The position numbers and the translations under genes are program-made. Source: Rhina ancylostomus (taxonomy: Eukaryota). Taken from it: a stretch of 64,000 nt of DNA. Positions 49,525 through 63,300 of this stretch are shown here, piece by piece. The notes beneath the pieces are model-generated. The model saw only the letters and a list, made by a program, of their open reading frames with translations, had not been told where the DNA came from and did not search any database. Every line of letters begins with the position of its first letter. Positions within the stretch are counted from its first letter, which is position 1. The DNA is taken from positions 19,182,044-19,246,043 of the forward strand of contig JARFYF010000050.1 of NCBI GenBank assembly GCA_030265395.1. The letters run 5' to 3'.

Positions 49525-50945
49525 GAACATAGTTTTGTAAAAGGAGAATTGTATATGACAAATTTGAGTTTTCCTAGGATGTAAGGAGGAGCCATTTGTT
49601 GTGTATCTGGATGTTGAAAAGAGACTTAAAACTGTACGACACAAAGGTTGTTACATAAAATAAGGACTCACTGAGCCTGGGATAACAAAACTGGTTAAGA
49701 CGTAGAAGATAGTGAGTTGGAATAAATTAGTCATTTCAGGTTGGCAGACTGTTACCAGTTGGGCACACAAAGATCAGTGCTGGGTTGTCAGCTAGTAACA
49801 ACCTATATTAATGAGTTGGATGAAAAGACAGAGTGCAATATACACAAATTGAAAATCAAATGTCTGCAGATGCCAGAAGCCTGAAATAAAAACAGACCTA
49901 CTCAGCTGGTCAGGCAGCATCTCTGCAGAGAGAAGTGACTAATGTTTCTTGTTGATGACCCTTCAATACTGGAAAAGTGAATAAAAAATGCTTTTTAAGT
50001 TGCAGGAGAAGGGTTGGAGGGAATAAAAGGAAGACCTGTGATCAGGTGGAGATCAAGGTGACATGATTCTTTCAAAGCCATCCAGTTAAAAGATAAACAT
50101 GGACAGTCAGGGAGAGAGATAAAATGGTCTGGAAGTAAAAAAGGCAGAATGCAGTAGTTGCAGGAGATCCAAAAGCAAAGAACGTTGGCCTGTTCTAACA
50201 GACACAGGAAGGGGTAATTATCTGAAATTGTTGCATTCAGTATTGAGTCCCGATGGCTGTAACATGTCTAGATGGAAGGTGAGGTACTGTTCCTTGATTT
50301 TATTGGAACAATTTAGGAGATCAAAGATGGAGTGATCAATGTGGGAGTAGGCATAGAAGTAATGTAGACAAGCTTGGTGATGATACAAGTTGGGTGGGAA
50401 AGTGAGCTATGGGAAGGATGCAAAGTTACGTAGATGACTTATGTGAGCGAGTAAGAACTTGGCAGTTCAATAATGTGGGAAACTACATTTGCTTTGATAG
50501 CAAGAATAATGATGAGAAATTACTGAACTTTGGTATATGGAGGGATTTGTGTGCATTGGTTCATGAATTTGAATGTGAATGAGGGTACAACAAATAATTA
50601 GGAAGGCAAATGTATTGATTACCTTTTTTGCAAAGGGATTCAAGTATGAATAGGGAAGTCCTGTTGCTATTGTTCAGGGCACTGGAGAGTTGACAGCTGG
50701 AGTACTGTAAGCAGTTTTGACCTGCACACTTGGGAAAGGATATTCTTGCCTTCACTAGATTAATTCCTGGGAAGAAAGGATTGTCTTATAAGGAGAGCCT
50801 GAGGAAGACTGCTGTATAATCATTGGAATTCAGAAGATGAGAGCTGCTCATTGAGACAACATTCTGAAAGATGCTGTCAGGGAAGATCACCAAGAAGCTG
50901 CTTCCTCGAGACAGAGTCTAGAACCAGGGGCATAGCCTCAGTAGC
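49525..50945 (+). mobile_element. Decayed CR1 LINE interrupted by a Penelope-like insertion
   Basis: gtgtatctggat (VYLD), caaagatcagtgctggg (QxSVLG), tatattaatgagttggat (YINELD), ggtgatgatacaag (xDDT), ctggagtactgt (LEYC). Confidence 0.85.
49855..50350 (-). mobile_element. Penelope-like 3' fragment nested in CR1
   Basis: ctgcagatgccagaagcctgaaataaaaacag..ggtcaggcagcatct..gatgacccttca. Distal part tctgaaattgttgcattcagtattgagtccc is antisense GLNTECNNFR, resembling a Penelope ORF end. Confidence 0.8.
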
Positions 50946-53222
50946 AGATGTGATCAAGTGGGAAAGTAGATGAAGTGGAACATGGGAATGAGGGGGAGCT
51001 CATGGGACCAGCAATAAATGGAACGGCTGAGGTGCGGAACCACAAGGAGAAGAACCTGAAACTATAAACACAATTCACCATTCACCAGCAGCCGACACAT
51101 TTATCTGTCCTCTGTCATTGACCATTATGATATCCATTGCACCCAATGGAAATTTTATCTCTACAAATTAAAAACTCTAAACCAAATTTGTAAATGAAAT
51201 CTTACAATACTGCATGCAGTAGTCATTTACCTGCAGGTCTGACTTCCATATGCTTTTAACCATCCTGGAACTCCTGCCTTTTCCATGTGTCTGCTGAAAA
51301 GTCCATAGTTCAGTGGAGGAGGCAGCAGTTGGACTTGAAGGATGACCTCGAGCAGTTCTGGGGCTGGGCAGCCTTGCTACAAGCTTCACNNNNNNNNNNN
51401 NNNNNNNNNNNNNNNNNNNNNNNNNNNNNNNNNNNNNNNNNNNNNNNNNNNNNNNNNNNNNNNNNNNNNNNNNNNNNNNNNNNNNNNNNTTTGGCATGGG
51501 GTGAAAGCAGTTTGGGCTGGCTGGCTAGCAGGTGGAGTGCCTCGATGGTACAGTGAATGCGTCTTCCTGAGAGAGGACAGCAGATTCATGCTCCAATGTC
51601 ACAATTCCAGTGCAGTCCCTCAACAAATTGAGTACTCTCATGGAGGACAGGTTGCTGGATTGCTATGAAAGATTGAAAGCCCAAGTCATTGTGACAACAG
51701 CCCGTGTCTACTCTATATCCTCAGACATTAGGTCGGTGTTGCCTTCGTTCCAATGGTCATCAAGTACTGTGTTAGGGTTGTGTCTGACAGTGTATGAACA
51801 GAAGTGGACTCCACTTTCACACTGGAATCACTGGTCCACAAGCTCTGTGCAAAGCCTTGTGCTAAGCTAGTTCCTCCATTGTACTTGGGTTCAACAGTGG
51901 CTGTCTGCTGGGCTTCCCAATGGAGCAGGAATTTCACAGTGTGTTTCCATTGGCTTTCTTCAATAGTCTTGATAGTCAAAATCCAATGTGACCGGACCCA
52001 CTGCCAGTCTGAAGAGCTGTGCTCTCTTATTCCGCTGTCCTGGCTGTAGTGCCTCAGCACAAACTGATCCTGTCACTGCACTATTCTACAAGTAATTTGC
52101 AGTGCCAGATTCCGAACTGGTGGCTTTTGTGGGAAATTGATTGACAGTGTGAGTTCACCATCAGTGAATTCTTGTTCTTCCTCCATTACCTGAATGGGTT
52201 GTAGGTCTTGGGTATTTAAACCAAAAACACACACATGGATAATGCTTTAGAGTGGGGGCTGGGACATGGGTGGAGGGAGGGATTGGTGGTCAGGAGAGAT
52301 TACTGAAGTGCATATCATCCTCTTCATGTAAATCAGAAGTAGTAGTTGGGATGTGTAGAAGAATAGAGACAAGGGTAGTTGACTTGCCAATAGGCCAGTA
52401 ATCATATTTCCTTCAGTGACACAAATAGAACCTCCGTCTCTGGGAGAAAGATTAACTGTCTTTTTTGAGGTTATGGGCCTGGCATTAGTTGGCTCCTAGG
52501 CACCCAGGGTTGGCATGAGGTGGACTAGTCCCAAGCTGAGCATCATCTAGGCCAATTTCCCTGTAGAATCAGTAGATGCCATGGGAACCAAACTGATCTT
52601 GGCTTCAGTGACAAAACACCACATTGGACCTGGTTTAATCTTCTGGGCTAAAGTCCAGGTCGAGGTCCATACCCAGCTTTAGACTCAGGTTACAGTGCTG
52701 GTAGGAACAGATCTGTCCCCATAACATGAGGATAGTAAGGTGGATACAAGTCTGTCCCTGTGTAACACTGGGATACAGCACAGGTGGACACAGGTTGCTC
52801 AGTGGCACTAACCACAGTTTCAAAGCGTTTTTGTCAAAGGCACAGTTGACCTTAAAATTCTTTGAATTACCTATGCCTACCCAAGCCTTCCTTCCAGTTT
52901 TGACTCTTGTTAGAGGTAAATACATGAATTGAGGGATTCCTGGATAAAGATGACATTGTGAATGACAGTGGTTTTAGAGAGTGGAGAGGAGCTAATTTGC
53001 CCAGCTCTGTGACTAGGTGGAGAGGGAAATGTTTGAGTTCTGAGAGAAATCTATGAACAGCTAGCTATTGAAAAGAAACTTACCCTTTATGTATTATTTC
53101 TGAGTTTACCTCTGAATGTAGCAACAGACACTTCGAAAATTGCAGTGCTTTCAGAAGCAGGTGAGTGGCAAATTCCAGATTACATTTTCTTTTTCCTCTT
53201 TAACGTCTTTAATATCAATTAA

Positions 53223-53280
53223 AGGAGACATGACCATGGAGAGAACAGGTCTCAAACAGGAGACATGACCATGGAGAGAA
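53223..53280. repeat. 23-bp perfect direct repeat with 12-bp spacer
   Basis: aggagacatgaccatggagagaa at 53223-53245 and 53258-53280. Confidence 0.95.
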
Positions 53281-53829
53281 TGTTATACCCAGAATCTTCT
53301 GTTATACACTGGGGCTTGTTGTGGGCTCCCACAGCTTGCCCTTTATCATTGTGATGCCATTATCTTCAATGACTTCAGTCTCACTCTTTGTTACTGTTTT
53401 AGCAACGGCTGTCCCTATGAAAATAATCTACTGTCTCATGTCTGCCTCATTGGTCTGAAATCATCAGCATCGGTCCATTTCCAGATATATTTTCTAAACT
53501 GACATTCATTATATTTCTGTGGAATAAGATGAGATTCTGATATGGCAGCTCTCGTGTGTGTGTGCTCTTTTCTCTCCTGGAGGTCATTTAGTATGTGGCC
53601 AGGGCTCTCTCTGACATTGTCTCATTAGACCTGGGCCCTTTTGAACATTCCCTGTGAGTGACTGCAACTTGCATCACACCTGGGACAATTAGCTCTTACA
53701 GGTGCATGACAGATGAACCAATTGAGGGAATGCATGGTAATGTCACACAAAAGATATGTTTTACCTCTGTCTGCTGTTTGCTGTGCACTGCATTTCATAG
53801 CGTCACACAGCACTGAACCAGATCTTTCG

Positions 53830-54120
53830 ACGCATCAAACTTGAGATGACCATCAGATATCTATTTACCCTAATTCTACAGTAATCCCATTTTGTTCTCA
53901 CATACTCATTGACTCCCCTGAGTCTATAACTCACCTACACACTAAGAGCAATTTACAGTGGTGACCTAACCTTTAGGATGTGGAAGAAAGATAGATCACA
54001 TGTAGGAAACCCATGTGGTCACAGGGAGAATATGCAAACTCCACAGAGACAGCATCGAGTCACAGAGAGAGACAACATGGCAACAGGCCCCTCAGCCCAC
54101 CAAGTCCACACCAACAACCT
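53830..54120 (-). mobile_element. V-domain SINE plus an adjacent SINE/CR1 tail
   Basis: gcaatttacagtgg..ggaaacccatgtggtcacagggagaatatgcaaactccacagagacagca (antisense V-domain), then aacaggcccctcagcccac. Confidence 0.8.
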
Positions 54121-55185
54121 TCCAAACACCTTAGGGTCTGAGCTGTTGCCCCAGTTGCAGCTGATTCTTGTAACTTACAGGAACTATACCGATGAGACTG
54201 GCAGACTGATATGCCTGGCTCCAGCTGCTGACTTCATAGGGGCATATGCAGTGTGCCCTGCGCTGTGATCACTCTGATTACTCTTGGAGGATAGAATTAG
54301 TTAGGCCCCAAAAATGAAGGTTAATATTCACTAGTTCATCACTCTGGAGATTGCACACTAACTTAGTGCTGCTTGTTGTTTTAAAAGGTTTATGTATGCA
54401 GCAAGCAAATGTATTTCCTACAGTGACACAGATTACATTGCATTAATTTTATGGGAGTTAAATGAAGGTCTAATATGCAGTCAGTGTGTACAGCCTTGTT
54501 TATTAGTTGCATACATCATGAGTAGCTAATGATTTTTAAGGATACTGCGCACCTCTTAAAGGGAAAGTGAAATGTGGCTGTAAGAAATGTTTTTGTAAAC
54601 TAAATCCAAACAGTGAACTTTGAGCAATGGCTTAAATTTGGAAAAGCCTGAGCTGAATCTGAGGAGAAATGTCTGCAAAAGACTCCAGACTACCAGATGG
54701 GAACCTTTCTTCTCCTCCTTCTCGAGTTTATCTAACTGCATGGTCTCTCTCCACTCTGCTGCTCGTGCTCATATCCTAAAGGAATGTCCACCAGGCAACC
54801 TGTTTCTGGAAGAAATTTGTTTCATAAAAGTTTTTAAATGAACAGAAAAGTTCTTGAACCCCAGAAAGACAAGCTAGATCATTATACTTAATCTATATCT
54901 GCACAGATTACTCAAACATAAATGAAATTTTGGATAACTCCCAAAACACGTAAAATTGCAAGAGAAGAAATAGTCTGTGAAATAATTTTCAAGTAATTCA
55001 TGATTACTTTAAATATCTTTCGTTATTATTTCATTCTGTTTAATAGTGTGCTCATCTGTGTGAGATTAAGTTGGCATCTAGTGGCAACATGCAGGTTGAG
55101 TGATAATGCTGAATGTCAGGCACTGACTCGTGTCATAATCTGCCCACTCTGCACAGGATGCGTAAGTTTTATTCTTATTTATGTT

Positions 55186-56100
55186 TCAGGATGCAGGTAT
55201 CGCTAGCAAGCCCGGCATTTATTGCCCCTCTCCAATTTTCCTTGAGAAGATGATGGTGAATTGCTACCTTTTGTTGAAGATACCCTCAAAGGGCTGTCAG
55301 GTAGGGTGATGTTGAAGGGGAATATATTTCCAATTCAAGGTGGAGAGAAATGGAGGGGAAACCGACCATGGTGGTCTTCGCATGTTCCTGCTGCCCTTGT
55401 CCTCTAAAGATCACAAGTTAGGGAGGAGTATAAGAATTAACTATAGTGTATGCTGTAGATGTCAAGCACTGCAGCAATGGTGCAGTGGAGGTGGAAGGAA
55501 TGGTCGTTTAGGATGCTGAATGGGGTACCAATCAAGTAAACTATTTTGTCCGGGGTCACATTGACCTTCTTGAGTATTTATGGAGCAATGCCCACCCCCC
55601 ACCCAACCATTCGTAGTTGGTGGAAAGGCACTGGAGCAGGAGCAGTTGAAATCACTTGCCTACAGTCTCTGACCTGCTCTCATCGCTACTGTAATTACAT
55701 GGCTGGTTCAGTTGAGTTTCTGGTCAATGATGACCTCCAGGAAGTTGATGGTAGGGTAGTCAGGATTAAGTAATACCACAGAATATCAAGAGTAGGTCAT
55801 TGCCTGGCACCTATGTGGTGTGAATGTTACTTGCCACTTATCAGCCCTTGTCTGAATGTTGGATATGCAGCATTCAGAGAGAGGCCACTTCATTTGCTGG
55901 GGAGTTACGAATGGAATTGATCATTGCGCAGTCATTGGGGAAATGATGTTCTGAGGGAAAGAAGGTCACTGATGAAGTAGCTGATGATGTTTGGGTGCAG
56001 GACACTGTCTTGCAAAACCCCTGAGCAATGTCCTGCGGTAGGGATGATGCAAATCCTTTCAGTGAGGTGGCAGCCTTGATAGATGTGCATTTGCCTCTTG
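55186..56100 (-). mobile_element. Decayed LINE, same family as 6290-7530
   Basis: gcatttattgccc..ccttgagaagatgatggtga; tgcctggcacctatgtggtgtgaatgttacttgccacttatcagccc matches ~6800-6846. Confidence 0.82.
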
Positions 56101-56232
56101 GATCCAAATTTCAAGCATTAGTTTACTGTGCAGCACTGCTGAATTTATGCACAAGAAGCTGATTTATTCCCCAAAAGTGTTTTAATTTCAGACCACATTA
56201 TGATTCTTCAGCTGCACTGAACCTGCTCTTCA

Positions 56233-56512
56233 GAAAAAAGGCTTGCATTTATTCATGTCCTTGTCAGGATGACTCAAAGCTCTTTATATCCATGGAAGTA
56301 CTTTGTGAACTGTAATCATTGTTGTGGTGCAGGAAGCACTGTGGATAAATTGTGCACAGCAAACTCCCACAAAATGTAGATCACCTGTTTTATTGTGATA
56401 TTGACTAAGAGATTAATATTGGTCAGCACAGCAGGAATAACTTCCCTGCTCTTCACTGAGTTAGTGCCATGAGATCTTTCAAACCCACCTGAGAGCAGAC
56501 GGGCCTCAGTGA
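56233..56512 (-). mobile_element. Deu-domain SINE, 3' two-thirds
   Basis: cttgcatttat..gaagtacttt..tgcacagcaaactcccacaa..ccctgctcttc..tagtgccatgagatcttt..ccacctgagagcagacgggcctc. Confidence 0.85.
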
Positions 56513-57239
56513 ATCACCTTTAAATGGGATTTCATTTGGAATAATCTCCGAATGCACAAATTACTGCAGATGACTGAAGGAGGGATCACCACTGCTGCAG
56601 GAAAAAGCTTTTCACATCATAATGGATTTTGTTTTACACTGTGAGATATGAAATTTTGTTCATTTGCTTTGTGTCATATATTTAGAAATTCCAACCATTA
56701 GTTCTGACTAGAGTATTAGGTTGTTGAAAGAATATGGATTTGCAGAATGATTTATAATATTTTGATTGCTAATGTAGTCCTTTTTGTAGCAATTTCAAAA
56801 ATATTGTAACCAATTCTTAACCATGAATTGAATCAAGTCAAATTTTAGAAAAGTTATGTTTCCCTTCCCACGATTACATCTTCTTATTGCATCTGTTGCA
56901 TCGCCAATGTCATAATGAAAGTCACAGACACTCTGCAGGGATCAATCCTTCCTCAAACTTCAAAGTAGTAATAAACACTGAGATGGTGAGGCCTTCACTT
57001 TAATCACTCTTTAGGGACAAGTTTACATCACTGTCTTTGTCATTCTAAAAATTAATTGCATTTTAGTCAATGAGTCAATAATGAGCACATCATTTTAACT
57101 TCTACAAAATTAATGAACTTTCCAAATTTTTTCTATTAGGAAAAAGTAAACAATGCATAAACTTTTCATCGACAACAGAAACTGAGAATTGGAGGATCCC
57201 TTAACATCAATGTATTCTGTATTTTTGTCCACCAATGGA

Positions 57240-57352
57240 ACATAGAAGATAGAACATTACAGCACAGTACAGGCCCTTCGGCCCACAATGTTGTGCTGAC
57301 ATTTTATCCTGCTCTAAGCCTTCCCTCCCACATAGCCCTCCATTTCTCTATC
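57240..57352 (-). mobile_element. Short CR1 3' tail
   Basis: catagaagatagaacattacagcacagtacaggcccttcggcccacaatgttgtg. Confidence 0.85.
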
Positions 57353-60300
57353 CTTCTTGTACTTCTTTGAAAAAGTCCTCTATCCTTCTTTTTCTTCTTT
57401 GACTATTTCCTTCTTTGACAGCAGTGTACTCCATCCCTAACTGGCTTCCTAAAATGTCTTAAATAATTGCTGAAATCAACTAAAATACATTCACATGCTG
57501 TATGATGTGAATCATAACGTTCCCGAACATATTATTAGATGGTCACACAATTAAGAAATCATATACTTTCTCAGCTTAGTGGAAGAGCCTATCCTCCAGA
57601 GTCAAAAAACTAATCTGCTGAATGCAATGCCTCCATTGATACTTAACCACCATTCAGAACTACCAAGTACCCTGACCCCTCCTGTTTCTCCTTCTCAACC
57701 TGCTTACCTGGCTTTTTGTTGGGCAAAGTAGTTGACTCCAATCTTCAAGATATGTGCAGAAATGTTAAATAAACTTTTATCTTATTTCTTTTGAAATCTC
57801 AGCAGATATGTCAACAGCCAAATGTTCTTCTCCACGTTTACCATGTTGTGCATTGATAAGTCGTCTACCTTTGATGTATATAGTGATAGGAGATTCATGT
57901 AATAATTACATCTTGTGCATTACTCTAAATATATTAATATTGGATTGCATGGCCTATCACAATTTCTAATACTGTAATGCATCAAAATAATATTCGGGAC
58001 AATTGCTGTTGTTGAAGAAAGAAACAACCTTTATTAAGGATATTGTTAATTGAATCACGTTAGAAGCTTACAGAATGACAGAAAAAGGAAGGCAGAGATC
58101 TAAACTACAGCTCTCTAATCAGCAGGTATCTACCAGAGCAGCAGCAGAGAGCAAGAAATTAGGAATCAACAGCATATAGACAGTTAAAAGCACATGAGGT
58201 ACTAACAGGATATTAAACAACATGCAGTTCCAGGACTGAGAGAGGTCTGAGGGGACAAGGGTTGAGCAAAGTTATCGTTAGAATTAAGCAAAATAGTCTC
58301 TGAGACGGATGGAATTGCAGACTGGATGTCTTGGAAAAATGATGATGTTTTGCAGTTAATTGAGTGATTAGCTAAAGGCCAGGCAAAGCTAGGGTTCCTC
58401 AAGCCAAGAGGACACCAGAAATCCAAGTACGAGCCAGGAAGGGGCCCTAGAACTGAAACTAGGAGATCACAGACTCAGTGGCGCAATAACCTACCCAGGC
58501 CAAGGCACATCATAGTGCCAAGGGCTGATCAGTGGGATAGTTCCACGGTTCACTTGGACACCACCAGAGTGAAGGCTTAGGCAAAAGGAGGGGATGGGGA
58601 AGAAAAAAAGGCCTCTTAAGTCCTGAAACACCAGGCTGTTTTAAAATCTTTTACAACACAACCTGTTTCCAGTCTAGGACGGTGAAGGTCCTAAAAAGAG
58701 AATTTTTATTTGTTTTTTTTTGGAATTTTTAGGTTTTGTTTTTGCTCAACTCTTTGCCACTATTTTGTTGAGAGCTGTCAGTTCTTCTTATTCCCATTGA
58801 AGACAACATGAATGAATCAATGCATAACAAAAATGCATATGACTGGGCAATAACACTGTCACTGTCCCAGAGGCATTCACATTCATTTCAATAGGAGGGA
58901 AGATCAGGATGTGTTATAATCTATTGCACAAGGGTGGCAGCTAAAGGGCTATTTACAAGTGGAGTTATAAAAAGGAGGAGTTTGAGCGTACACATGGTAT
59001 ACAACGTACAATTCTTTTCCATATGGCAGTACTTGCGTACGTTCCACATCTTGTTTGCTGTAGGTGTGGCACAAGGTTCTGTATTCCCAGAATCCGGAGA
59101 TTTCAGCTTCTGAGCCCTTCATTTAGTACAGTGCACCTGTGTCATGCCAGAGTCACTAGAATATAAGATTAAGGAAAGAACTTGCACAATTTGGCTTGGT
59201 GACAGTTGTGATAAATATTTTAGACAACAGATCTTTATTAGATTGGAATAGCAATCTATCCCCAAAGTAACATGAAATCATTAATAATTCATCCTGTTTC
59301 AATGTTTCAAGATTGGTGATACTGTATATATAGACATTTTGTGTATATATTTTTCCATGTAAGGGATATGAATATGCATCAAAGAGGTTTCTTTTAACCA
59401 TTTGCACCCAGTAACCTCACTGAACATTTATTAGTTACATCAAGGTTCAGGTTACATGGAGAATAGAGATCCACAAATGATGCATCTCAAATCAAGTCCC
59501 CAGATATTTTCTGAGGGAGATCACTTTTTCAGAACGTATTGTGCTCTTCTTGAGTTACAGTCATCAAAAGCTGGTTTGAAACTTTCTTTTAGGTTCCAAA
59601 CAGCTAATCTATTTGAATCAGCACTTAGGTGCAACCTCACTGTACCTCCCAGCTACCATGAGATAAAAGAACATCATTATGCTGTTCCTATCACCGACTT
59701 CTGCCTGGGATTTACTTGAACCCGAGATTCACACATGAACAGACATTGTTTTAGCACACTACAATACATTGTCCTCCATATACAGAGTTGTTATATATTA
59801 CTTTTAATAATGTAACTAAAACCAGGACATTGTACCTATAGACTTGTATATGGAATTTTCTTTGTAGATTTACTGGTTTATACATTTGAAAGACAACACA
59901 GATGTTGCCCTAGAAGGGGATTTAAGCTACTAAGGACAAATAAATATATTTTAAAATTTGCAGATTGCAAATACAGTACATTAAAGGGGTGTTTTATAAC
60001 CCTATTTTCATTGCAGTTGCCTTTGAACATTTTACAGCAAATAGATGTGACTGTAGTTTATCAAAGTGCTTAGCAAGGAAGTGTTTAAAGCAAACACTAA
60101 TCTCAACATGTTTATAGGAAATACATATACAGTAAACTTTTTAAAATAGCTTGAAGATGTAAATGGAATGCCAGTAAGGAAAGATGAATATCATGGACCC
60201 CACCCAAGTAGACTGTTATTATATTAGACTAACTCTATTAACAAGAATGATGAATTTCTGTACAAATCTGTTCCCAATAAAACTATTTTTGTCCCATTAT

Positions 60301-63300
60301 GAGAAAGGGATAAACAAGAGTACAACAGAAATTTCAGTTACCTTTCTTTGTCATTTTTTGTAGTCTTTGCTATTTGCAATGTTTCTGAAAAGGTCAATTA
60401 ACTTTGGCGAATTTGACAAATTAAATCACACACTAGGATGCTTTTACTTCTTGTAATGTTATAGAGACAAACTTTATTGTTTGCTATGACACCACAGGAC
60501 AGTAATTTTATATTATACAGATGTAATTATGATGTATGCAAAAGGGTTAAGGATAAAAGGCATGCTCATCAGTGGACTAAACTGGCAATAGTGTTAACAT
60601 TTGAATGAATTGGTGAGATGTTTCTCATATTTCATTGCCCTTTAGCGGACACGTTGTAAACATGAGCAGGGAATTTGCCAACATTTGCCGAATGCTCTCA
60701 AAAAATCAAATTATTAATATGGTGTAATGATAGNNNNNNNNNNTTTGTGTATGAAAATATGGACACTTCTTCCAAAATTGTGAGAGCCTTCATGTTTGAT
60801 AATCACACCATATGCCAATAGTCAGCCGTTTGATTTGATACTTTCTCCATGAATGAGGATGAGTGGAATAACTCTTGCCACAACTAACTCTGATCAACCG
60901 CTTACTCAACTTAACACTAAGCTTCTTTAACTACATCTTACTTGTATTAGGTTTACAATTTTAAAGCACTCGTGAGTTCTTTTAGTTTAGTATATTTAGC
61001 TCAGGAATTGATTAGAAATGTTGAGATTTTGTTGATCATTGTGTTATTAATATCAGTGACTGTGATCTTTAAGTTGTGATGACTTTCACCATATCAACAT
61101 TCTGAAAATAGTTGTTTTGAAGACCGATATTTTAAAATGGGAATTCTTTGTGAAGTGTGTTCACTAATTTTATGTTATGTATTGTTAAAAGAGAAACAAG
61201 AATGTACAATCATCTTGCAAATCTGAAAGTTACTGAAAAATGTGAAGCTAATCAATCATTACGTGCTGTAGCTCAGAGCAATTTAAGAATAATAAAAAAA
61301 TGAAATTTGTTTTGTACATTGTGCACAGTACACTGATATTATTTATTATTTATATATGGATGAACATGATTTACTTTGGATGTTTACTCATTACTTTTTA
61401 CTTTGTCCCACTGAGAGTTGGCACTGAGAAAAGGCCACTAAGAGAATCCCGTAAGGGATTTTCCCAATTGTTTTAATCACTGTCATGAGTTGCTCACAAA
61501 AGATCTGAGGTCAGCTCACTAGGCCTTTGACGTACCATTGCGATGGGGACTCTTGGATCCACTGAAACTGAAGTTTGAAAAAAAAGCTCTGAAACATATG
61601 GTGAGGAATGGAGACCTACCTCGTGTACGTAATCATCCGTCCATTCCTCCCATGGTCATACTCTGGTATGGTCACGAACATTGGGCTAGTGTGCCCTGTC
61701 CGCATGTAAAGCAAAATGTATATATACATATATATCTTCAAATAGCATTGAGCAGCATATATGGGACAGTCACAATTATAATGCACCACTGTGTGCACAA
61801 AAGTAGAAAAATCTGGGCATAAGTATTGTTAACATTGGGAATACTTTGAACTTCAAGCTAAAGTGTAAAGCAATGGATTGGTTTCCTGTTAGACCCTTAC
61901 CCAATTCTTCTTTCCTGAGTGAGTGGCATAAGAAGCGGCCAATTCAATATTCTCAGTTTTATAGTATTGGCAAATATCAAAACATGGGAAGTTAATGTAT
62001 AAAGACGACAAAGAAGATTTAACTCTGAGAACCATGCATATAAAAGCTCAAGCAACGCATGGGTTTGGACACATTGTTTTCAAAAGTGACTATTGACATG
62101 TTCAGTAAAAAGTAAAAGCTAAAAGTGTGGCAAGAGCAGAAAAGATCAGCTGACCTGCTGTCAAAGACCATTGAGTCTTGGAATGAATGATTTTGAAATA
62201 ACATCTAGAAGTATAGGTTTAAAAGCCAAAATAATTCAGCAGTAGAATTATATTATGGTCAAGAATATATGAAAGGGATAATCCTAAGTGTGGAGTAAAT
62301 TTGTCAGAGATCATTTTAAAAGATAATTAAAAGTCCTGTTGATGGTTTTCCCAGTTTTAATTCCCCCCACCCCCACAAGCACACTTTGATGCTACCAAGT
62401 GGAATTTACAGCTACCACATATTTTCTACAGCACACAATTCACATAATATTTCATAAGTAAACATTTATAAAGATGATAGCTATTTTCTTTTCCCCAAAA
62501 AGTATAAACAGTGCCTTTTTAAAGCTATTTTTTCTTTTTTTATATTATAAAAAAATGATCCATGGAATACTTATGTGCACATATTGAAAGTGTATAAAAG
62601 GATGATTACATTTCTTTCTAAGTCTGTTCCTACTTATTTTAATCTGCGTATATGAAGACAATCATATGCTACTAATCATAATAAATACTCAGTTTTAAAT
62701 ACTTGAGTCAGATTGACCTATAATACACCATATTGCAATGGTTTTTGGAATATATTTTAACAGAATATATTTTGGCAGTAAAAAAAGTAAATTCAAAACC
62801 AAAAATAAACTACACACAAATTAAAAAATCTCTGCAGCAAGGAAAACACAACATATATTAGAACAGCTCCTTAATTCTGATTATGCTGCCTTCGTCTGAC
62901 TACAAAACCTACACAGCATTCAGAACAGACTCCGCTCCTGTTAATCCTCAGAGATGTCAGATTTTGATAACATTACACAAAACAAAATAAAACGTGATTC
63001 CAATTTTTTGGTTCATTCACGCAGTCACAATCTCATTTCATATTTAATAATCTAATCTCTTTACACAATTCACATTNNNNNNNNNNTAGGAACCCTCCTC
63101 GGAGACAATAAATGATTAAAAATATATAAAAAACTTGTATTGGAAAAGGTTGGGATGTTTGCTACTCCAGAGAGACCTCGCAGACTACTTTTGTAATATA
63201 CAAAGAATACTTAAAACTAATGGATATAAAATTCCAAACATGAAAGACCTGTTTTTAGTCTTCCTCCTATTTGAAATATGATATTTTATCATAATAGTTG

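Larger units (their letters stand above)
2528..63086. other. Assembly gaps (N-runs) at about 2528-2627, 8653-8668, 15562-15661, 23718-23730, 43735-43879, 46178-46310, 51390-51489, 60734-60743, 63077-63086
   Basis: Runs of n in the sequence. The three 100-N gaps are probably placeholders of unknown size. Confidence 0.97.

Noticed and set aside
51500-52080. Overlapping ORFs suggesting coding sequence
   Set aside because: No recognisable domain in either orientation; the higher GC content explains the ORF density.
53223-53280. CRISPR-like repeat-spacer-repeat
   Set aside because: Only two repeats, a 12-bp spacer, no cas genes and a vertebrate context.
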